A stretch of DNA of 64,000 nucleotides, from positions 7,967-71,966 of IMG/VR virus record IMGVR_UViG_3300020607_000001, one strand, 5' to 3'. Under the pieces are notes generated by a model, which was not told the DNA's origin, made no database searches, and worked only from the letters and a program-made list of their open reading frames with translations. Of the stretch, positions 20,788-27,766 are shown in pieces; the stretch's first letter is position 1; each line of letters opens with the position of its first letter. Both the position numbers and the translations under genes were made by a program. This DNA comes from a virus.

Positions 20788-20816
20788 TTCATGACCGACC
20801 CTATAACCTAAAGCAA
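20788..20816 (-). promoter_or_regulatory. Putative late promoter at the head of the late block
   Basis: TTGCTTTAGGTTATAGG, near-identical to 10551-10567. Confidence 0.55.
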
Positions 20817-20829
20817 GACTGGAAAGCAA

Positions 20830-21150
20830 ATGTCTCAATCAATCTGCACCACAAATTACACCTGCACCCAGAAATGGTACACGGCTGCTGACTCCACTGA
20901 AGGTGGTGGCGAAGATGTCATTCTGTACTCTGACGGTCCTCATGCTGAAGACACAAACGTCACTTGTGTGGTGAACGGTGGTGATATTCAGTTCCAAGTG
21001 AAAGACCACAACGATGTATGGTTCACACCTTCGGAAGCATCTTACACTGTGACGGCTTCGAACCTTGTTCGGATCCCACGTGCCAACATGCCAGACATTC
21101 GGATCTTGGCGACCGCTGATGCAACGTTCTCAATCGCAGGTGCTGTGTAA
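20830..21150 (+). CDS. Small beta-rich hypothetical (probable virion) protein
   Basis: 106-aa ORF, translationally coupled (TAATG) to the next gene. Confidence 0.65.
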   Translation: MSQSICTTNYTCTQKWYTAADSTEGGGEDVILYSDGPHAEDTNVTCVVNGGDIQFQVKDHNDVWFTPSEASYTVTASNLVRIPRANMPDIRILATADATFSIAGAV

Positions 21151-23045
21151 TGCCACCAGTAATCACCCAAACTCAGGATAACTGGACCATTCGGACGATT
21201 GATGTCACGCACATCAATCCGTCCATCTTGGAGGGTCAGCATGTTATCCACGGGATCCTTCCCAAACGGGCAGCCATTCCTCTCCTTCGGTATCCACCTG
21301 TCAACTTGGTGCCGCCTTCGATCTCTGGTGATTTCAAGATCCCAGCGGTCCTAACCTGTAACCCCGGTGTGTGGGATGCAGCTCCGACTGCTGACTATCT
21401 ATACCAGTGGCGAGCCAATGGAGTTCAAATTCTGGGTGAGACCGGACCAACTTGGACATCGAACCTGACATACGATGCTTTCGAGATCGACTGTGTGGTC
21501 ACGGCTGTGAACAACCAAGGCTTTGCAACTTTACCAACATCCAACCAAATCACAGTTGAGATCGTTGAGCCTATCGAGGTTCGAGAGCAAGATTACTATT
21601 CTATTCAAGGACTTAATCAGTTCCAGAAACAGAACATGATGATCTTCCGTGAAGCAATCATCACAGGCATCTCGACAGATGATCAAGTCACCATGTTCGA
21701 AAACAAGTCTATGGTTGTATCCGGTATGGGTGTTGAAAGCACTCTGACCAATGCTGATCTGAAATCGTTTGTCGTAACTGGTTTGGCTGCGGATGATCGC
21801 GTAGATAGTACCCACATGGATCTCTATGTTTTGCAGATCCCTGAATTTCTTGAAGCAGTTCCTGTTCTGAACTTTGGTGCTGAAGACGGAATGAACCATT
21901 GGACACAGACTGAAGTGTCAAACGTTCTATCCCGATCCGACATCTCAGCATTTCAGAACACTTCTGTTTTCATGGGTGGGAACAACACTGTGTTTTCCGG
22001 TATGGAACAAACCATCGCACTTCCTGTTTCGGTTCATCCAGTTGTGGACGCCAGCCAGTGTCTTCCAATTCTGTCTTGGTTCCAAGGTTCCTTCGACAGT
22101 GATGATCGCGTGAAAGCATACATGATCTTCTTGGATGTGAATGGTGATGTCATTGATACCGTCTGGACCAGTGATACCTACGTACCAAGCTGGACTTTCC
22201 GATCCATCGCGAACACGACTTGCCCTGTTGGGACTCGTTCGATCAAAATACGTTTTGAATTCTCTCGCGTCGCTGGAGCAAACAATGACGGGTATGTTGA
22301 TCAAATCGTTCTGGAAATGTGGGAACAAGTTGGTGCCGGGGTTCCTGTGGCTGCCCCAACCTACACGGATCCTTATTATGATAAAGTAACCCTGTTGATG
22401 AACTTCGAGACTGGGTTCGACAATGAAGCTCTGTTTGGGCATGATCCATACACCTACTCCGGAACACCAACTCTCGATCCTGTTGGTCTTGTTGCTGGTT
22501 CGAACTCTCGTGCCAAATTCAATGTCGATGCCACGAACGAAAATGATCGGATTGGTTTGTACTACCCCGGTGCAGCAGGAATGAACTTCGGCACAGGAGA
22601 CTTCACAATTGAAGGCTTCGCTGAAACTACCTCATCCAGCAGCACTTATTGGCACTCGATTATTGGCAACTACGACAGTGGTTTCAATGGTTCGTGGGCA
22701 ATCATGCGTCGTGACAACAACGATGGTGGGGTTCTGATCTTCCTTTGTGACGGGAACGCCAGTGTCCAAGGCACGACCAACGTGAATTCCGGTGTGTTCC
22801 ATTTTGCCATTTCTAGGAATGGTGATACTTTGCGTCTGTTCGTTAATGGTGTAATGGAAGGTAAGATCACTGGATATGTCGGGGTTAATGTTGGTGGGAC
22901 ACCTGTTGGTCGTCTCGGTGGCAACAACCAATCTTCCAACGACAACTGGCGTGGATACATCGACAGTGTTCGCGTTACCAAAGGTGTGGGGCGTTACGAT
23001 CATGACACTCCATTGACCGTCCCAACTGCACCCTACGCCTTGTAA
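21150..23045 (+). CDS. Multidomain fibre/adhesin: Ig-like, 5x19-aa repeats, carbohydrate-binding-like domain, LamG/concanavalin-like domain
   Basis: PPVNLVPPSISG...YQWRANG (Ig-like). DPYYDKVTLLMNFE...GTGDFTIEG...GYIDSVRVTKGVGRY (phage LamG-like). Confidence 0.75.
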   Translation: MPPVITQTQDNWTIRTIDVTHINPSILEGQHVIHGILPKRAAIPLLRYPPVNLVPPSISGDFKIPAVLTCNPGVWDAAPTADYLYQWRANGVQILGETGPTWTSNLTYDAFEIDCVVTAVNNQGFATLPTSNQITVEIVEPIEVREQDYYSIQGLNQFQKQNMMIFREAIITGISTDDQVTMFENKSMVVSGMGVESTLTNADLKSFVVTGLAADDRVDSTHMDLYVLQIPEFLEAVPVLNFGAEDGMNHWTQTEVSNVLSRSDISAFQNTSVFMGGNNTVFSGMEQTIALPVSVHPVVDASQCLPILSWFQGSFDSDDRVKAYMIFLDVNGDVIDTVWTSDTYVPSWTFRSIANTTCPVGTRSIKIRFEFSRVAGANNDGYVDQIVLEMWEQVGAGVPVAAPTYTDPYYDKVTLLMNFETGFDNEALFGHDPYTYSGTPTLDPVGLVAGSNSRAKFNVDATNENDRIGLYYPGAAGMNFGTGDFTIEGFAETTSSSSTYWHSIIGNYDSGFNGSWAIMRRDNNDGGVLIFLCDGNASVQGTTNVNSGVFHFAISRNGDTLRLFVNGVMEGKITGYVGVNVGGTPVGRLGGNNQSSNDNWRGYIDSVRVTKGVGRYDHDTPLTVPTAPYAL

Positions 23046-23056
23046 GGAGAAATCAC

Positions 23057-24031
23057 ATGGCTAATATTCTTTTCGCATCCAACAACGTGGCTCATTTTCC
23101 CGGTGCATCAACAGGAGCGGACAACACCCGCTTCGATGCAGCTCGTGTGCCATATTCCATTCGCTTGACCAACTATCAGCAAGTGTCTTCTCCGGTTTTC
23201 CAGCAAACAACTGGTGATGACACATGGTTCCACTTCCGGACCCACTGGTACAATGTCAAGTACAACTTCACAGGTACATGGTTCACAGCATTCGATGCTG
23301 CCAATAACACTCTGTTCACAATCCAGAAACGGAATGCGACCTACTCGTCTGACCCCCGTCTGATCCTGTATGATGGTTCGACTTCGTTAACCGATGATGG
23401 TTCATTGGCTTTGCCTGACGATCTGATCTCATCCATTGACATCCGTTTCCGTCAGACCTCTCTCGTCATTGAATGTGACATGTATGTGAACGGTGGCCTG
23501 TCTTGTTCGTTGGCATTCGCCAGCAACCCCAATGGTCGGGGACATCCGGTTCGTTTCCAACTGGGTGCCGGTATCGTGGACAACTTGACTGACTCGCAAG
23601 ACTTCTCTGAGATCTTGGTTGCAGATGCTGACACACGGAACGCACGTCTTGACTTGCTCCGTCCACAAGCAGCCGGTGCTTATGAACAGTGGGATGGTCA
23701 ATTGGCAACTCTTGCCGACGATGACTCGACCTCTGGAATGACCACCATTGATGCGGATCAGCGTCAGACAATGACCATGACCCCGTATGGAGGTGCTCCC
23801 AACATTTCCAACGTGGTTGCAGTCTCGACAACGACCCGTGGCCAAAACTCACCCACCCAGTTGCAACATACTGTTCGTCTTTCGGGTGTCGATTATGATG
23901 GCGTTGCTCATGATGTTGATTTCGCTCTCGAATATCACATCACCGACTTCAAAATTAACCCAGCAACTTCGCTCGCATGGGACGAAACTGATGTTGCGGC
24001 AGTTGAAGTTGGGTTCGTTTCTCGTGCATAA
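23057..24031 (+). CDS. Putative virion/receptor-binding protein, paralog of 43598-44560
   Basis: 324 aa, beta-rich, AAGGAG SD, C-terminal NPATSLAWDETDVAAVEVG. Confidence 0.65.
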   Translation: MANILFASNNVAHFPGASTGADNTRFDAARVPYSIRLTNYQQVSSPVFQQTTGDDTWFHFRTHWYNVKYNFTGTWFTAFDAANNTLFTIQKRNATYSSDPRLILYDGSTSLTDDGSLALPDDLISSIDIRFRQTSLVIECDMYVNGGLSCSLAFASNPNGRGHPVRFQLGAGIVDNLTDSQDFSEILVADADTRNARLDLLRPQAAGAYEQWDGQLATLADDDSTSGMTTIDADQRQTMTMTPYGGAPNISNVVAVSTTTRGQNSPTQLQHTVRLSGVDYDGVAHDVDFALEYHITDFKINPATSLAWDETDVAAVEVGFVSRA

Positions 24032-24082
24032 TGTCAGGGAGCAGTTTGCTCCTTGAAAGGACGGTGAACTTATCTCGGATCT

Positions 24083-24112
24083 CCCCCGGCTTCGGCTGGG
24101 GGTTTTCTGTTT
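24083..24112 (+). terminator. Rho-independent terminator
   Basis: CCCCCGGC-TTCG-GCTGGGGG followed by TTTTCTGTTT. Confidence 0.85.
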
Positions 24113-24211
24113 CAGGGGGACGCGAAGCTAGTCCGCGAATTTTTAGTCTTTAGTCTTATTATAGTTATGACTCTTTTTTCTTTGGATTTTTCAAACCAAA
24201 GGAAGAAACTC

Positions 24212-24718
24212 ATGATCCGACATCCAATGCTGAAGGCTTGGGCGGCCACGTTCGTCCGACGCTGGCACACTCAACCTCTTCTCTGTGACTCCCATGACCC
24301 GATTGGGGGCCACCAAGCTCGCTGCACGCACATGCTGCTCCTCTTCTGGCCTGACAGCACCCGTGACGCCATCATCGACTGTGTGATCCACGATCAGGGC
24401 GAGATCGCCTCTGGTGACATGGCTCGGCCTGCCAAACAGATGTTCCCTGACCTCCGGGACATGATGAGCAAGGTCGAAGGCCAAGAGATCCGTGATCAAG
24501 GCTGGAAACCCGGCCCCATCAACGGCATCGAACTCAAACGCCGGAAGTTCGTCGATCTATTCGACTCATACCTCTGGATGCTCCGTCATCGCCCCTCCAT
24601 GCAACGAAAGACAGAATGGGTTGAACAGAAAGACCTTCTGGACAACTGGGCCACTGAGCTGGGTGTGACAGACATGTTCCGTCATTACCTCGCAGCAGCC
24701 GAACGCTACTTCGATTAA
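24212..24718 (+). CDS. HD-domain phosphohydrolase (YfbR/DatZ-like)
   Basis: VRRWHT, GGHQ, IHDQGEIASGD..RPAK, KFVD motifs. Confidence 0.8.
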   Translation: MIRHPMLKAWAATFVRRWHTQPLLCDSHDPIGGHQARCTHMLLLFWPDSTRDAIIDCVIHDQGEIASGDMARPAKQMFPDLRDMMSKVEGQEIRDQGWKPGPINGIELKRRKFVDLFDSYLWMLRHRPSMQRKTEWVEQKDLLDNWATELGVTDMFRHYLAAAERYFD

Positions 24719-24736
24719 GCTGTCTCCTTTGGTTTC

Positions 24737-24793
24737 GGGGGTGTCACGGGTTGTGACCTGATCCGGTGGGTTCGACTCCCATCACCTCCACCA
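24737..24793 (+). ncRNA. 57-nt tRNA-like RNA (Ala acceptor stem + T-arm, no anticodon arm); tmRNA-TLD-like
   Basis: GGGGGTG pairs with CACCTCC including G3-U70. ACCA end. T-arm GTGGG-TTCGACT-CCCAT. Only 22 nt lie between the 5' acceptor strand and the T-arm. Confidence 0.7.
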
Positions 24794-25368
24794 TGAAATT
24801 AGGGAGGATCTTCTGCATTTTTACTCTCCAGTGGAAAATCCTCCCAATTACGGTACAGCGTAAAGAACATCATCGTGGTATATGTGCATCTGACAGAACA
24901 AATGTCCTGTTTCCCAGACTTGACAGCCTCGGTCTAAAATCCGTACTACGAAGCAGGTCTCGCCGGGACCAAGGGGCCTTCGCTGGGTGAAATCCGTTAC
25001 CACAAGAGTGATAACCATTGCCGCGTTCGCTCTCCCCAGTTGCCAGCCAGAATTCAAAACTCCTCCGGATTATCGACGAACCTTTCCCCGGAAAGGTGAG
25101 GAGCTATGGTCTGTATATCATAAACCTCAATTATGGTCCCCGGATCATCGAGTGCGAAAGCGTGAATTGAGATCGAAGATATGAACCAAAGAAGACAAAC
25201 GCAGTTTGTCTGATGCAGGTGAATATCTGAGATCGAAATTAGCGGTTTTGTGCGAGCCATTTAACCGGAACTCAGAGATAGCCTAACCCTGTTACTCTGC
25301 ACCTGAGTTCGCTTTAGGGCCGATCTTAAAAATCTCAAATTTTCATATCCCGATTTTTCATAACACAC

Positions 25369-25425
25369 GATGGGGGTAGGTTGATCTGTACACTCACCTC
25401 ACACATCGACCCCACCCCCCCCCAT
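25369..25425. repeat. Imperfect inverted repeat near the presumed genome terminus
   Basis: GATGGGGGTAGGTTGAT ... ATCGACCC-ACCCCCCCCATC-like arms, ~70 bp upstream of the first early promoter. Confidence 0.5.
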
Positions 25426-25496
25426 CTTCTTTTTTACACTCTTCATGGCCCCCCTATTTACACTGGAGTTCACACTCTGGCCTTACACACACATTC

Positions 25497-25512
25497 GCTT
25501 CGCTCCTTGTGG
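25497..25512 (+). promoter_or_regulatory. vRNAP early promoter 1
   Basis: Template strand 5'-TCC-ACAA-GGAGC-GAA-GC, same register as N4 TCC-AAAA-GAAGC-GGA-GC. Predicted +1 is G25511. Confidence 0.8.
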
Positions 25513-25544
25513 ATCTCATCAACCAACTCACAGGAGTACACACC

Positions 25545-25799
25545 ATGTCCATCTTTACATCCACCTCGGCAGCCGTCTGCTCAGTCCTCGACACTGTTAC
25601 CGACATCGGCACAGCTACAGGAAAAACCGTCTCTATGGCGACTACATACGTAGACAATCGTGCTACCTCTCAGCAACTCACTGACAAACAACACGTCATG
25701 CTTCGCACAGCTAAATCCCTCCGCATCGTGCAAGAAGAACTGAAAGAAGACGAGGAACTAACCGCTCTCTTCAATCAGCTCAAAGACGAGTTCAAGTAA
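25545..25799 (+). CDS. Early hypothetical protein
   Basis: AGGAG SD, 84 aa, first gene after promoter 1. Confidence 0.75.
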   Translation: MSIFTSTSAAVCSVLDTVTDIGTATGKTVSMATTYVDNRATSQQLTDKQHVMLRTAKSLRIVQEELKEDEELTALFNQLKDEFK

Positions 25800-25807
25800 C
25801 TCAACCA

Positions 25808-25844
25808 TCTCACCCTCACACCAGAGGGTGGGACACCTTCTTTT
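25808..25844 (+). terminator. Hairpin, possible terminator
   Basis: TCTCACCCTC-ACACCA-GAGGGTGGGA with a downstream CTTCTTTT. Confidence 0.45.
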
Positions 25845-25906
25845 CTGGATAGACAAACCCTGTCTGACAGACCTGAACTTAACCTAAACTCTGGAGACCT
25901 CCTCTT

Positions 25907-26086
25907 ATGCAAACCTCTTTAGCATCTGGAGTCGTAGGCACCTCTCACTTCCATATGTATTTCTACGGTCACCACATTCATCTCGTATGGGACAATGACT
26001 GGTCATCTATGATCTCACGTCCTGTTCACGCTGGTGATGATCCACAGGATACTGCAATGCAATGGAAAGAGGAGATTTGCTACTGA
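25907..26086 (+). CDS. Small early hypothetical protein (59 aa)
   Basis: Read manually: MQTSLASGVVGTSHFHMYFYGHHIHLVWDNDW...KEEICY. GGAG SD. Confidence 0.6.
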   Translation: MQTSLASGVVGTSHFHMYFYGHHIHLVWDNDWSSMISRPVHAGDDPQDTAMQWKEEICY

Positions 26087-26336
26087 CAAACCAAGGAAGA
26101 ACAAAATCTCATGAACAATTCACCATTCCCCGAACTCAAAACACAGGAAGAAATCAACGATGAAAGTCTGCGTCCATTGGTACAGTTCATACGACTGTGC
26201 CACCAATTCTGCTCACGTCTGGGCATCTGCAAATCCATTTGAGATGTTCTGGATAGGAACCATCGGACTGATGCTACTGTGTTGGAAATTCACCAAATCA
26301 TAGGCAGGTAAACCCTGCTTTTCTGGCGTTGCAGTC

Positions 26337-26352
26337 GCTTCGCTCCTTTTGG
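26337..26352 (+). promoter_or_regulatory. vRNAP early promoter 2
   Basis: Template ACC-AAAA-GGAGC-GAA-GC; predicted +1 is G26351. Confidence 0.8.
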
Positions 26353-26426
26353 TATCTGACCAGACCGTCAGAACCTTAACCCTATGGCAATCATGCCAAA
26401 TCAATCATGATGAAGGAGAAATTATC

Positions 26427-26834
26427 ATGGCTTTTACTCTCGCAACTAACAACGGCAAACGCACAGCAACAGCTTCGAAGTCTTCGACTCGTGAAGAGTC
26501 CGAATTCGATGGTCTGTGGATCAACGTTGGCGTCATATCTGCTGTCGAAGGCGCTGAAGATGGCGAAACCAAGTTCGTCCGTCTGCCTCGTGGCATTGCC
26601 GTTTCTGATCTCGCTGACCACAAGGTCTATGCGAACACCAACCCTGACTGGGCTGAAGAAGCAACTCTGGCCAACGGCATCATGGATGTGATCCGTCAAG
26701 CTGGTCTTGAACTGGAAGAAGGCGAGTCGATCCCGCTGCAACTTCACGTTCAACTGTATAAGCGTCAGGAACAAGTCGAGCAAGCACCTGCTGCTGCCGA
26801 CACTGCTGACCTGCGTGCGTCCATCATCGGCTAA
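26427..26834 (+). CDS. ssDNA-binding RNAP II cofactor (N4 gp2 / Drc-like)
   Basis: LWINVG...FVRLPRGI...LEEGESI.L.LHVQL resembles gp2 WLNIG...FISLPTGI...LEPGEE...LQVQL. AAGGAG SD. Confidence 0.8.
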   Translation: MAFTLATNNGKRTATASKSSTREESEFDGLWINVGVISAVEGAEDGETKFVRLPRGIAVSDLADHKVYANTNPDWAEEATLANGIMDVIRQAGLELEEGESIPLQLHVQLYKRQEQVEQAPAAADTADLRASIIG

Positions 26835-26870
26835 CTCAGCCTGAGATCCACTGTATCGTAACGAATGACT

Positions 26871-26931
26871 AAACCCTGACTTCCCAACTTTGAACCTCCC
26901 TCAAAGTTGGTGAAGTTGGGGTTTATTTTTT
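26871..26931 (+). terminator. Long hairpin terminator
   Basis: AAACCCTGACTTCCCAACTTTGA...TCAAAGTTGGTGAAGTTGGGGTTT followed by ATTTTT. Confidence 0.7.
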
Positions 26932-26965
26932 AATCAGATAGACCAACAGATGGACTCTTCGGCTC

Positions 26966-26981
26966 GCTTCGCTCTTGCCGG
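26966..26981 (+). promoter_or_regulatory. vRNAP early promoter 3
   Basis: Template ACC-GGCA-AGAGC-GAA-GC; predicted +1 is G26980. Upstream of the RNAP II operon. Confidence 0.75.
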
Positions 26982-27080
26982 TTTCTCGTCAACTTCCAAG
27001 TTGATGACTGAAACGTGAAAGTTCAACTCAACCTGCCAAGTGACTATAGAGCACTGGCATCCTAACTGGGGTACAAAACC

Positions 27081-27410
27081 ATGGTAAAACTGGCTGAAAA
27101 TACGCTGGAAACTGTCCAAAACAGCTTCCCAAAGATCATCAAGATCGCTCTGAACATCGCCTATTCAAACGGCATGATCAACCGATCAGAGCCAGAGGTA
27201 GAATACCTCACACGCATTGCTGACATCATCGCAAAGCGTCCTCTCATCAAGGTCATCCAACTGGAGGTAGACCTCCAAAACACGACTGATGAACAGCTCA
27301 TGACCATCGCTGATGGTGAACATGAAGAAGCCCAAGCTCTGCTTGCTCAGCATTGCAAAGAGATCGGCTTCGCAAACGTACTGTTCGACGAATTCTTTGA
27401 AGGAGAATGA
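27081..27410 (+). CDS. Hypothetical protein
   Basis: 109-aa ORF in a tightly packed operon. Confidence 0.7.
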   Translation: MVKLAENTLETVQNSFPKIIKIALNIAYSNGMINRSEPEVEYLTRIADIIAKRPLIKVIQLEVDLQNTTDEQLMTIADGEHEEAQALLAQHCKEIGFANVLFDEFFEGE

Positions 27411-27411
27411 T

Positions 27412-27753
27412 ATGTGGGGATTAATGCAAGAAGAAGAGTGGAAACGTAAATTCTACTCCAAGCTAGATGATGTAAGAAAGATCCCATTTTCATTTGTGAC
27501 TGGTCCCGGAAGATCTGGGGCAGTCGCATCTGTCTACGCATCTCATTACCTTGGGATCCCCTTCAAACCACACAAAGCAGGAAACTACGACTCAGACAAT
27601 TCAGTGCTGATCGTAGATACTGTTGAGTATACAGGCAAAACGCTTCGCAAAGCTGCTGCTTGGTACGAGAAACGTGGTCTGATTGCCTTAACAACCTTCG
27701 CGGTCAAAGAGACTCGCGGTCACTACTACAAGATGTGGTACGAAAACTTCTAA
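27412..27753 (+). CDS. Minimal type I phosphoribosyltransferase-like protein
   Basis: VTGPGRSGAVASVYASHYLGIPF and VLIVDTVEYTGKTL (PRPP-loop-like). AAGGAG SD. Confidence 0.7.
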   Translation: MWGLMQEEEWKRKFYSKLDDVRKIPFSFVTGPGRSGAVASVYASHYLGIPFKPHKAGNYDSDNSVLIVDTVEYTGKTLRKAAAWYEKRGLIALTTFAVKETRGHYYKMWYENF

Positions 27754-27766
27754 GGAGAATGAACCA

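Noticed and set aside
24117-24137. GCGAAGC on the plus strand as a leftward vRNAP promoter
   Set aside because: No CC at the +1/+2 register and no minus-strand gene to serve.
24737-24793. Canonical tRNA gene or prophage attP
   Set aside because: No anticodon arm with U33, and no integrase in the window. An att fragment would not normally retain a matching 5' acceptor strand 22 nt upstream of the T-arm.
24766-25260. 60-75-aa ORFs in the terminal region
   Set aside because: No SD sequences, atypical composition, mutually overlapping on both strands.
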